Positions 19,861-29,370 of a stretch of DNA of 64,000 nt are shown here, in pieces. Numbering within the stretch: the first letter of the stretch is position 1; each line of letters begins with the position of its first letter. The stretch covers positions 512,001-576,000 of the forward strand of contig CAVQSP010000013.1 of assembly GCA_963715985.1 (NCBI GenBank), written 5' to 3'. This DNA comes from an uncultured Thermoleophilia bacterium (GTDB lineage: Bacteria; Actinomycetota; Thermoleophilia; UBA2241). The notes below the pieces were generated by a model. The model was not told the DNA's origin and did no database searches. It was given only the letters and a program-made list of their open reading frames with translations. The position numbers and the translations under genes are program-made.

Positions 19861-20793
19861 ATGATAAAGCTGTTCATTGTCACCGATATCCACGGCTCCA
19901 ACGTCTGTTATCGGAAGTTCCTCAACGCGCTTCCGATCTACGGCGCTGACATTGCCGTGCTGCTCGGTGACCTCACCGGTAAGGTACTCGTGCCGCTCGT
20001 CGACAAGGGCAACGACACCTGGGAATGCACCCTCATGGGGCAGCACCGGGACATCGAGACCAAAGAAGAGCTCGCCGAGATCAAGAAGGTCGTCGAGAAC
20101 GCCGGCTACTACTGGGTCCACCAGACGCGTGAGGAGTTCAACGACACGCGCAGCGATCCGGCCAAGATCGACGCGCTGTTCAAGAGCCTCGTCTTCCAGC
20201 GCGTGCAGGAGTGGCTCGACCTGGCCGACGAGCGCCTCGAGGGCAAGCCGTTCCAGATGTACATGGCTCCCGGCAACGACGACTGGTTCGTCATCGACGA
20301 CATGATCGACAACGCCAAGCTGGTGCATCCCTGCGACAAGCGCGTGGTCGAGATCGAGAACCACGAGATGATCACCTCGTCGGCCTCCAACCCCACCCCG
20401 TGGGACACGCCGCGCGAGATGAGCGAGGCGGACCTGGAGACGCACCTCCGTGGCCTGTGCGCCATGGTCAAGAACCAGGAGACGGCGATCTACAACTTCC
20501 ACGTGCCGCCGTACGGCTACTCGCTGGACCTGTGCCCCAAGCTCGACGAGAACCTGACCATGGCCGCCGACGAGAAGATCCACGCCGGCAGCCTCGGCGC
20601 GAAGGCCGTCATCGAGCAGTACCAGCCGCTGCTGGGCCTCCACGGCCACATCCACGAATCGCGCGGCGCCCAGAAGGCCGGCCGCACGCTGCTCATCAAC
20701 CCGGGCAGCGAGTACTCGGAGGGCATCCTCAAGGGCGTCATCATCATGCTCGACAAGAAGAAGGTGAAGGACTACGTGTTCACCTCCGGGTGA
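19861..20793 (+). CDS. Calcineurin-like metallophosphoesterase (Icc-related)
   Basis: TDIHGS, GDLTGK, PGNDD, FHVPPY, LHGHIHES, INPGSEY. Confidence 0.85.
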   Translation: MIKLFIVTDIHGSNVCYRKFLNALPIYGADIAVLLGDLTGKVLVPLVDKGNDTWECTLMGQHRDIETKEELAEIKKVVENAGYYWVHQTREEFNDTRSDPAKIDALFKSLVFQRVQEWLDLADERLEGKPFQMYMAPGNDDWFVIDDMIDNAKLVHPCDKRVVEIENHEMITSSASNPTPWDTPREMSEADLETHLRGLCAMVKNQETAIYNFHVPPYGYSLDLCPKLDENLTMAADEKIHAGSLGAKAVIEQYQPLLGLHGHIHESRGAQKAGRTLLINPGSEYSEGILKGVIIMLDKKKVKDYVFTSG

Positions 20794-20853
20794 TGCACGC
20801 GTAGACTACGGCTTTCCGACGACGCCGATCCCGGAAGGGGGCGATACATAGCG

Positions 20854-21660
20854 ATGGGTCAGTTCATCCTGCCGAAGGACATCCCGCTCGACCGGTATCC
20901 CAAGCCCGAGGTCTTCCTCAGCGAGGGCAAGCGGATCGCGGAGGCGGCGCAAGCGCAGGGCATCATCATGCGCGTCATGGGCCCGCTGGCGCTGCACTAC
21001 TACTTCCCGGACCAGATCGACCTCTACGCCAGGCTGGAGCGCCTCGGCGACCGGTACTTCACCGACATCGACTACGCGACCTACGGCAAGACGCGCAAGC
21101 TTCTCGTCAAGTTCATGGAGTCGGTCGGCTACGAGTGCGATCTGCAGACCATGGCGATGACCGGGCAGACCCGCCACATCTACTTCGGCGGCGCCGTGCC
21201 CATGATCGACGTGTTCATCGACAAGCTCGACTACTGCCACGAGGTCAACTACGCCGGCCGCCTCGAGGCCGATCCCTGGAGCGTGTCGCTCGCCGACATC
21301 CTGCTGCAGAAGCTGCAGATCTGGGAGATCAACGACAAGGACCTCAAGGACATCGAGTACCTGTTCACCGTGGCGGACTTCGGCGAGGACGACGAGAAGA
21401 AGGTCAACGTGGGCTTCGTCGCGCGCCGTCTGGCCGACGACTGGGGCTTCTGGTACACGGCGACCACCAACCTCGACCGCGTCAAGGAGCACGTCGGCAA
21501 CGTGGACGCCCTGGACGACGGGCAGAAGGCCAAGATCAGGCAGGTCGCCGACGAGGTGCGGGCGCGCATCGACGCCGAACCCAAGACCAAGGCCTGGGAG
21601 AAGCGCGCCAAGAAGGGCACGAAGAAGATCTGGTACAACACAGGCTTCTCGGACTGGTGA
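20854..21660 (+). CDS. Hypothetical protein with nucleotidyltransferase-like motif
   Basis: RVMGPLAL...RYFTDIDY resembles the G-x-x-A...DxD Pol-beta-type NTase motif; a later IDVF acidic residue; strong coding bias. Confidence 0.55.
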   Translation: MGQFILPKDIPLDRYPKPEVFLSEGKRIAEAAQAQGIIMRVMGPLALHYYFPDQIDLYARLERLGDRYFTDIDYATYGKTRKLLVKFMESVGYECDLQTMAMTGQTRHIYFGGAVPMIDVFIDKLDYCHEVNYAGRLEADPWSVSLADILLQKLQIWEINDKDLKDIEYLFTVADFGEDDEKKVNVGFVARRLADDWGFWYTATTNLDRVKEHVGNVDALDDGQKAKIRQVADEVRARIDAEPKTKAWEKRAKKGTKKIWYNTGFSDW

Positions 21661-21828
21661 GACGGGGGCGGCCCGCGGGTCGCCGCCTGAGCGCGTGACG
21701 ACGGGCCGGGGCGCCGTAGGCGCCCCGGCCCGTCGCGCTTCCCCGTTCGCCCCTTGAGCGCCGTGGCCGTCCCGCGTACGCTCGTACCACCGCGCCCGCC
21801 GGGCGCGGACACACGCCGGAGGTGCCGG

Positions 21829-23953
21829 GTGACCGCCGCCACACATCCCGGCGGGCGCGACCTGCGCCCGCTCTTCGACCCTCGCTCGGTGGCGGTGGTG
21901 GGCGCTTCCGCGGACACGTCCAAGTGGGGCGGCGACGTGGCGGCGCGCCTGCTGCGCGGCGGCGGCCGCCGCCCCGTGTACCTGGTCAACCGGCGCGGCG
22001 GCGAGATGCACGGCCAGACGGCGTACTGCACGCTCGGCGAGCTGCCCGAGGCGCCCGAGCTCGTCGTGCTCGCCACCCCGGCGAGCACGTTCGAGGCCGT
22101 GGTGGACGAGGCCCTCGGCCTCGGCGTGCGCGCCTTCATCGGCCTGTTCGCCGGCCTCGGGGAGGCCGGACCGGAGGGGCGCCTGCGCGAGCGCGCTGTG
22201 GTCGAGCGCCTGCGCGCCCACGGCGCCGTGCTGCTCGGACCCAACTGCATGGGGCTGGCCGACCACACCGCCGGCTTCGAGGCCGTGGCCTACCTCGACG
22301 TGCCGGCCGGCGACGTCGCCTTCATCTCGCAGAGCGGCGCCATGGGCGAGGAGTTCGTCTGCAGGGCGGGGGAGTGGGGGTGCGGCTTCTCCCGCTATGT
22401 CACGCTCGGCAACCAGGCCGATCTGAGTGCCGTAGAGGTGCTGGAGAGCCTCGCCGGTCACGTCGCCACTGCGGTCGTCGCCCTCTATCTGGAGGATCTC
22501 GGGGACGGCCGCCGGCTGGCCGCCGCCGCCGGCGGATGTGCTCGCCGGCGGGACGCCGGTGGTCCTCCTGGCGCCCGGCCGTAGCGCCGCCGGGGCGCGG
22601 GCGGCGCTCTCGCACACCGGCTCGCTGGCGCCCGACACGGCCGTCGTGGACGCCGTGTGCCGGGCCGGGGGCATCCGCCGTGCCGAGACGCCGCGGGAGC
22701 TGTTCGAGCTGGCCATGGCGCTGCGCGGGCGCGCCCGCCCGCAGGGTCGCCGTGTGGCCGTGATCAGCGACGGGGGCGGGCCCGGCGGCGTGGCCGCCGA
22801 CGTGCTCGCCGCCGCCGGGCTCTCCGTGCCCGAGTTCGGGCCGGAGCTCTCCGCGCGGCTGCGTGAGGAGCTGCCGGGGAGTGCGGGCAGCAACCCGCTC
22901 GACCTGGCGCTCGGCACTATCGACCCCGATGGCTTCTCGCGGGCCGTCCCCCTCGCGTTGCAGGACGACGGGGTGGACGCGGTGCTCGTGGCCGGCCAGC
23001 TCGGCTACTGGGGCTGGCGCTTTCCCGAGTTCGCCGATCTCACGGCACGCGAGGTGGAGGGCGCCGTACGCATGGCCGAGGCGGCCGCGGCCACCGGCAC
23101 GCCGCTGGTGGCCGCCACCGTGTACCCGCAGGCGGCGCCGGCAGCCGAGCTGCGCCGCCGCGGCGTGCCCGTGTACCGGGAGGTCGCGTCCGCGGTGGCC
23201 GCCATCCGCGCGCTCTGTGACGCCGCCTCGCGCGCCCCGGGGGTGCCCCCACTGCCGCCGCCCGAGGAGCCGCTCGAGGCGGACCCGGACTACTGGGCGG
23301 CGCGCGAGGCTCTCGCCGGCGCCGGTGTGACGTTCATCGCGGGACGCCGCGTGACCAGCGTGGCTGAGGCCGTGGCGGCCGCCGGGGAGCTCGGCTGGCC
23401 GGTCGCGCTCAAGGCGCTCGGCCTGCTGCACAAGTCCGAGGCCGGCGGCGTCGCGCTCGGCCTGGAGGATGCGGCCGCCGTCGCCGCGGCCGCCGAGGAC
23501 ATGGAACGGCGGCTGCGACCCCCCGGGTTCGTGGTCGAGCGCATGGCTCCGGTCGCGGAGGGTGTGGAGCTCATCGCCGGCGCCCGGCGCACGCCCGGCT
23601 GCGGGCCGGTGGCCCTGGTGGGCGCCGGCGGCGTGTACGCGGAGGTGTTCCGAGACTCCCGCACGGCTCTGGCGCCGCTGGACGAGGGCGGCGCGGCGGA
23701 GCTGATCGGCGCCCTGCGCGTGGCGCCCTTGCTGGCGGGCGCGCGCGGCAGGCCGCCGCTGAACGTGGCCGCCGCAGCCGCGGCGGCGGCGGCCGTGAGC
23801 CGGTTCGCGGCCGCGCACCCCGAGGTGCGGGAGGTGGAGATCAACCCGCTCCTCGTGCTGCCGGGCGGCGCGGTGGCCCTGGACGCGCGCATCATCACGG
23901 ATGAGGCCGGCCGCGGCTCCGCCGGGCCGGCCGGGCCAGAGGAGGTCACATGA
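21829..23953 (+). CDS. ADP-forming acyl-CoA synthetase (acetate--CoA ligase family), frameshifted near 22535
   Basis: FDPRSVAVVGAS, LLGPNCMG, SQSGA, GNQADL; then ALSHTGSL, WPVALKA..HKSEAGGV, EINPL. Confidence 0.85.
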
Positions 23954-24721
23954 CCGGCGTCTCGGGGAAGAGGGTCCTGGTCACGGCGGCGGGGTCGGGC
24001 ATCGGCGCCACCGTGGCGGCGCGCTTCGCCGCGGGCGGCGCGCGCGTCTTCGTGTGCGACGTGGATACTCCGCTGCTCGAGGCGTTCCTGGGCGCTCACC
24101 CGGGTATCGACGGCCAGGTCGCCGACGTGGCCTCGCTCCCCGACGTCGAGCGACTTCGTGGCCGCCGGCGCCGAGCGGCTGGGCGGCCTCGACGTCCTCG
24201 TCGGCAACGCCGGCGTGGCCGGGCCCGCGTCGCCGGTGGAGACGATGGACGTGGACGGCTGGCGTCGCACCCTCGACGTCAATCTGAGCGGCGCCTTCTA
24301 CTGCGTGCGCGCCGCCGTGCCGCACCTCAAGGCCGCCGGCGGGGGCTCCATCGCGCTGATGTCGTCCAACGCCGGCACGATGGGCCTGCCCTATCGCGCT
24401 CCCTACGTGGCCACCAAGTGGGCGCTCATCGGGCTGGTCAAGACGCTGGCCATGGAGCTCGGTCCCAGCGGGATCCGCGCCAACGCCATCTGTCCCGGGG
24501 ACGTGGACGGGGAGCGCATCAGGCGAGTGATCGCCCGGGAGGCCGCCAATCGCGGGCTCAGCGAGGACGAGGTGCTCGCGGAGCGCCTGGAGGCCGTGTC
24601 GCTGCGGACCATGATCACGGCCGACGACGTGGCCGAGCTCATCATGTTCGTGTGCTCGGACGCCGGGGCGAAGATCTCCGGTCAGGCGCTGCTCGTGGAC
24701 GGCAACGCGGAACGAGCCTGA
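23950..24721 (+). CDS. Short-chain dehydrogenase/reductase, frameshifted near 24150
   Basis: VLVTAAGSGIG, LVGNAGV, PYVATKW (YxxxK), NAICPG, ISGQALLVDG. Confidence 0.88.
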
Positions 24722-24722
24722 A

Positions 24723-24766
24723 CGGCGGAGGGGGCGGGGCCCGGCAGGGCCCCGCCCCCTCCGCCG
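24723..24766. terminator. Bidirectional hairpin between convergent SDR and patA
   Basis: cggcggagggggcggggccc / gggccccgccccctccgccg perfect inverted repeat. Confidence 0.65.
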
Positions 24767-24775
24767 GCATCGCTG

Positions 24776-24876
24776 GTGAGCGGTGTGCCTGCGGCGCCCC
24801 GCTCGCTGTAGTGCCTCCGGCCGCTCGTGAGCGGTGTGCCTGCGGCGCCCCGCTCGCTGTAGTGCCTGCGGCCGCT
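24776..24876. repeat. Two tandem 51-bp palindromic (REP-like) units
   Basis: gtgagcggtgtgcctgcggcgccccgctcgctgtagtgcct(c/g)cggccgct starts at 24776 and 24827. Confidence 0.85.
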
Positions 24877-26266
24877 AGTGGGCCACCAGCTCGCCTGCAT
24901 GCAGCTGGGCCTGGACGCGGCCCATCACCAGGTCGAGGCGGCGGACGACCTCGTCCATCTCGTGCTGCGTCAGCGTGGCCGGCGGCTCGATACGGAAGGT
25001 CTTGGCACTGAAGAGCGTACCGCCCGTGAGCACACCTTCGCCGAAGAGGCCGGTGGCCACCGCGTAGCCGGCCTCCTCGCTGGTGTACTCGAGCCCGATG
25101 AGCAGACCGAGCCCGCGGACCTCTTCCAGCAGGTCGGGGTACTTGGCGCGCAGCGCCTCGAAGCGTTCCTTGAGCCAGGCGCCCTTCTCCGCCGCCTGCC
25201 GCGGGATGTCCTCGTCCAGGGTGGCGTGCAGGGCGGCGATCACGGCCGATGTGGCCACGGGATTGCCGCCGAACGTGGTGGTGTGGATGTACGGGTTCTC
25301 CATGAGCGGCTCGAACACCTCGGGCGTGGAGACGAAGCAGCCCACGGGGATGACGGCGCCGCCCAGCGCCTTGCCCATGCTCATGATGTCCGGCGCCACG
25401 CCCCAGTGCTCGATGCCCCACAGCGTGCCGGTGCGACCCATGCCGGTCTGCACCTCGTCGGCGATGAAGAGGATGCCCCACTGGTCGCAGATCTCGCGGA
25501 CCTTGGGGAAGAAGTCGTCCGGCGGCACGCGCGCGCCGGCCTCGCCCTGCACGGGCTCGGCGATGAAGGCCGAGATGTCCAGGCCGACGGTGTCGCAGAC
25601 CTTGAGCTCCTTGTGCAACGCATCGGCGTCGCCGTAGGGGATGAAGCGCACGTTGGACGCGAGCGGGTGAAAGGGCTCGCGCCAGGCTGCCTTGCCGGTC
25701 ACACTCAGGCTGCCGAACGACTTGCCGTGAAAGCCGCCCAGGCAGCTGATGAGGCCGTTGGTGTGGTTGGCCTTCTTGCGCTTGCCGTGCAGCTTGGCGA
25801 GCTTGAGGGCGCCCTCGTTGGCCTCGGTGCCCGAGTTGCAGAAGAAGGAATACTGCAGGTCGCCCGGCGTGAGCATGGCGAGCAGCTCGCTGGCGTAGCC
25901 GCGCATGGGGTCGAGGAGCTCCTGGGAGTGCAGGGCCTGGTGCCCCAGCTGGTCCATCACCGCCTTGACCACCGTGGGGTGGCGGTGCCCCAGCATGTAG
26001 ATGCCGTAGCCGCCGAGGCAGTCGATGAACTCCTTGCCGTGGATGTCGTAGAAGACGTTGCCCTCGTCGCGCCACTCCACCGCCGTGTAGTCGGTGGAAC
26101 AGGACTTGCGGTACTCGAGGATCCCCGGGTTCACGTACTGGTCGAAGTTCCTGATGCAGTCCTCGACCACCGCCTGCTGCTCGCCGGCGTCGAGCGTGGT
26201 CTTGCCCATCAGACTCAATGCCTTGCCCGACTCGCGCAGCGCGTCCTGCCTGACCTGCTCCTCCAT
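24875..26266 (-). CDS. patA: Putrescine aminotransferase (class III PLP)
   Basis: YVNPGILEYRKS, EFIDCLGGYG, ALHSQELLDP, FCNSGTE, FHGKSFGSLS, DEVQTGMGRTG, GKALGG, HTTTFGGNP; close to the E. coli PatA/YgjG pattern. Confidence 0.85.
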   Translation of the reverse strand: MEEQVRQDALRESGKALSLMGKTTLDAGEQQAVVEDCIRNFDQYVNPGILEYRKSCSTDYTAVEWRDEGNVFYDIHGKEFIDCLGGYGIYMLGHRHPTVVKAVMDQLGHQALHSQELLDPMRGYASELLAMLTPGDLQYSFFCNSGTEANEGALKLAKLHGKRKKANHTNGLISCLGGFHGKSFGSLSVTGKAAWREPFHPLASNVRFIPYGDADALHKELKVCDTVGLDISAFIAEPVQGEAGARVPPDDFFPKVREICDQWGILFIADEVQTGMGRTGTLWGIEHWGVAPDIMSMGKALGGAVIPVGCFVSTPEVFEPLMENPYIHTTTFGGNPVATSAVIAALHATLDEDIPRQAAEKGAWLKERFEALRAKYPDLLEEVRGLGLLIGLEYTSEEAGYAVATGLFGEGVLTGGTLFSAKTFRIEPPATLTQHEMDEVVRRLDLVMGRVQAQLHAGELVAH

Positions 26267-26443
26267 TGATCCCCCGTCCTGTGAATCGAAGAGCCGTGAA
26301 TACGGCGATTTGCGGTATAGTTCGTACAGCCGACCGAACTCTGGAGCCACTGTACCGCGAGATCCGCAGGACTGCAACGCTTCGTCGCCTCCTATTGCCG
26401 GCCGCCGACCGCGCGGACTGGTGATAGGGTGCGCGCCTGAGAG

Positions 26444-27064
26444 ATGCCTGTGACCGAACGACCCGGACACCCGAGTGAAGATCCCACCGCCGAGCTGGCA
26501 CCGCCGGCGCGGCGCCTGGTGGCCGCCGCGCGGGCGCTGCTGGCCCGCGGCGGCTTCGAGGCGCTCACGGTGGAGGCGGTGGCGGCCGAGGCGGGGGCCT
26601 ACCGCGACTCGGTGCGGTACTACTTCGGCAGCAAGGCCGCCTTCGTGGCGGCCGTGGTCGACTCGCTGGCCCACGATCAGAGCGTGGCCGCGGTGGAGAA
26701 GACACGAGGGCTGCCGGCCGGCGCCGCGCGCGTGGGCGCCCTCATCGCGGGCGACCGCCGGCTTCTCGACGACCGCGACGCCTTCCGCGACTTCTTCGCC
26801 ATCTTCCCGCACGTCGTCATGGACGAGGAGCTGCGGGCTCGAGTCGCGGCACTCTACGATTGGTACCGCGACCTCTACGCCGCCGGCATGGACGGCGTCC
26901 CGGACGCGACCCGCGAGCAGCGCCTGCGCGACCTCGCCTCCCTCATGGTCGCCGTGACCGACGGGCTCGCCGTACAGGAGCTGCTCGACCCCGACGGGAC
27001 GCGTCTCGACAGGCTCTTCAGCCTCTGGGAAGAGCTGTTGCGGCGCGAGTTCCCCGGCGCCTGA
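26444..27064 (+). CDS. TetR family regulator, divergent from patA
   Basis: ARALLARGGFEALTVEAVAAEAG..VRYYFGSK HTH. Confidence 0.85.
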   Translation: MPVTERPGHPSEDPTAELAPPARRLVAAARALLARGGFEALTVEAVAAEAGAYRDSVRYYFGSKAAFVAAVVDSLAHDQSVAAVEKTRGLPAGAARVGALIAGDRRLLDDRDAFRDFFAIFPHVVMDEELRARVAALYDWYRDLYAAGMDGVPDATREQRLRDLASLMVAVTDGLAVQELLDPDGTRLDRLFSLWEELLRREFPGA

Positions 27065-27193
27065 TACCCCCGCTGCAGGCTCATTTACAGCACTCGACCC
27101 AAGGTGTAGGCTCGCCGCGCGCGTGCGGGGCCACATGGGGGGCACCGACGGCCGCCAGGCCAGCGCAGGTTGACCGGGTAGGAGGAACGAGTC

Positions 27194-27394
27194 GTGGCGC
27201 AAGGCACCGTGAAGTGGTTCAGCAACGAGAAGGGGTACGGGTTCATCGAGCGGGAAGATGGAGACGACCTGTTCGTGCACTACTCCGAGATCACCATGGA
27301 CGGGTACAAGACGCTCGTCCAGGGTCAGGCGGTGGAGTTCGAGATCACCGAGGGCACCAAAGGGCTGCAGGCCTCCACGGTCCGGCCCGTCTGA
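27194..27394 (+). CDS. Cold-shock protein
   Basis: [24 protein letters not shown]. Confidence 0.95.
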   Translation: MAQGTVKWFSNEKGYGFIEREDGDDLFVHYSEITMDGYKTLVQGQAVEFEITEGTKGLQASTVRPV

Positions 27395-27440
27395 CAGGCG
27401 ACTGGACCGTCCGCCCGGTCTGACGGACGACCGAACAGCG

Positions 27441-27479
27441 AGGGCCCGCCGGCTGCGTGCAGCCGGCGGGCCCTTTCTT
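27441..27479 (+). terminator. Intrinsic terminator
   Basis: agggcccgccggctgc-gt-gcagccggcgggccct followed by ttctt. Confidence 0.7.
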
Positions 27480-27547
27480 GTCCCTCCCCAGACGAGGGAG
27501 TACTATAGCCGTCCCGCTTTGGCGGCCCCTCCCAGGAGGAACACACC

Positions 27548-27829
27548 ATGATCGGTGAAGACGACGTCCGCTACGTCGCCAAGCTCGCCCGACTCAGGCT
27601 CGAGCAGGATGAAGTAGCGCGCATGGCGGGCGAGCTGGCCAAGATCCTCTCCCACATCGACAAGATGAGTGAGCTCGACATCTCCGCCGTGGCCCCCACG
27701 GCTCACGTCCTCGATGTGGTCAACGTGGCGCGCGTCGACCGGCCGCGGCCCAGCCTCGATCGCCACGAGGCCCTGCGCAACGCCCCCGCCGTGAGCGACG
27801 ACTGCTTCCGCGTGCCGAGGATGGGCTGA
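27548..27829 (+). CDS. gatC: Asp/Glu-tRNA amidotransferase subunit C
   Basis: VRYVAKLARL...NAP....FRVPR; precedes gatA. Confidence 0.92.
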   Translation: MIGEDDVRYVAKLARLRLEQDEVARMAGELAKILSHIDKMSELDISAVAPTAHVLDVVNVARVDRPRPSLDRHEALRNAPAVSDDCFRVPRMG

Positions 27830-27831
27830 CG

Positions 27832-29370
27832 GTGTCTTCGCTGGACCCGCTCAGGCTCACCGCCAGGGAGGCCAAGCGCCTCCTCGTGGACGGCGAGATC
27901 TCCGCCGCCGAGCTCGCCAAGGTGTACCTCGACCAGATCGAGGCGGTGGAGGCGAAGGTGCGCGCCTACATCCTGCTGACGCCCGACAACACCGCCAAGT
28001 ACTCCACCAAGGTGGACCGCGAGATGCAGGCCATGCGCGGCCCGCTGGCGGGCCTGCCCATCGCCATCAAGGACAACATGGTCACCGAGGGCGTGACGAC
28101 CACGTGCGCCTCGAAGATCCTGCACAACTACATGCCGGTGTACACGGCCACGGCCGTGCGCCAGGTGTGGGACGGCCACGTGGTCATGCTCGGCAAGACC
28201 AATCTCGACGAGTTCGCCATGGGCTCGTCCACCGAGAACTCCGCCTTCCACCGCACCTGCAACCCGTGGGACCTCTCCACCGTGCCCGGCGGGTCCAGCG
28301 GCGGCTCCGCCGCCGCCGTCGCCGCCGGCGAGGCCCTGTGGGCGCTGGGCAGCGACACCGGCGGCTCCATCCGCCAGCCCGCCGCTCTCTGTGGCATCGT
28401 CGGCATGAAGCCCACGTACGGCGCCGTGAGCCGCTACGGCCTCGTCGCCTTCGCCAGCTCGCTCGACCAGATCGGCCCGCTGACGCGCTCGGTGTACGAC
28501 TGCGCGCTGCTGCTGCAGCACATCGTCGGCCGCGACCGCAACGACGCCACCAGCGTGCAGCTGCCGGAGCCGGTCGCGCTGCCCACGGCCGGCCGGCTCG
28601 ACGGCCTGCGCGTGGGCATCCCGCGCGAGTACCTCGCCACCGGGTTGGAGCCCGGCGTGCGCGCGCGCTTCGACGAGACCATGGCCCGCGTGGAGGAGCT
28701 GGGCGGCACGGGCGTGGAGATCAGCCTGCCGCACACGGACTACGCCCTCGCTGCGTACTACATCATCGCCCCCGCCGAGGCGAGCGCGAACCTGGCGCGC
28801 TTCGACGGCGTCCGCTACGGCTACCGCTGCGCCGACCCCGTCGACCTGCTGGACATGTACGAGCGCACGCGCGGCGAAGGCTTCGGGCCCGAGGTCAAGC
28901 GCCGCATCATGATCGGCACCTACGCGCTCTCGGCCGGCTACTACGACGCCTACTACGGCCGCGCGCAGCGCGTGCGCACGCTCGTGCGCGAGGACTTCAC
29001 CAGAGCCTTCGCGGACGTGGACCTGATCGCCTCGCCCACCTCGCCGTCAGTCGCCTTCAAGGCGGGGTCGCGTACCGCCGACCCGCTCTCCATGTACATG
29101 TGCGACGTCTGCACCATCCCGACCAATCTCGCCGGACTGCCCGCGATCAGCATCCCCTGCGGCCTCAGCGAGGGCCTGCCGGTGGGCTTCCAGCTCATCG
29201 GACCGGCGTTCAGCGAGAACCTCATCCTGAACGCCGCCCACGCCCTCGAGGGCGCCATCGGCTTCGACACGGCGCCCACGTTCGCCGACCCGGGAGCGGT
29301 CCCGACGCGTCAGGGCTGGTGTCCGGGCGACGGTGCGATCACCTACCACCCCGAGGACGCGCAGTCATGA
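27832..29370 (+). CDS. gatA: Asp/Glu-tRNA amidotransferase subunit A
   Basis: GKTNLDEFAMGSSTENS, PGGSSGGSAAAV, GSDTGGSIRQPA, EVKRRIMIGTY. Confidence 0.96.
   Translation: MSSLDPLRLTAREAKRLLVDGEISAAELAKVYLDQIEAVEAKVRAYILLTPDNTAKYSTKVDREMQAMRGPLAGLPIAIKDNMVTEGVTTTCASKILHNYMPVYTATAVRQVWDGHVVMLGKTNLDEFAMGSSTENSAFHRTCNPWDLSTVPGGSSGGSAAAVAAGEALWALGSDTGGSIRQPAALCGIVGMKPTYGAVSRYGLVAFASSLDQIGPLTRSVYDCALLLQHIVGRDRNDATSVQLPEPVALPTAGRLDGLRVGIPREYLATGLEPGVRARFDETMARVEELGGTGVEISLPHTDYALAAYYIIAPAEASANLARFDGVRYGYRCADPVDLLDMYERTRGEGFGPEVKRRIMIGTYALSAGYYDAYYGRAQRVRTLVREDFTRAFADVDLIASPTSPSVAFKAGSRTADPLSMYMCDVCTIPTNLAGLPAISIPCGLSEGLPVGFQLIGPAFSENLILNAAHALEGAIGFDTAPTFADPGAVPTRQGWCPGDGAITYHPEDAQS

Noticed and set aside
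24776-24876. Possible CRISPR array (also 47161-47340)
   Set aside because: Only two units per site, no unique spacers of regular length, and no cas genes.
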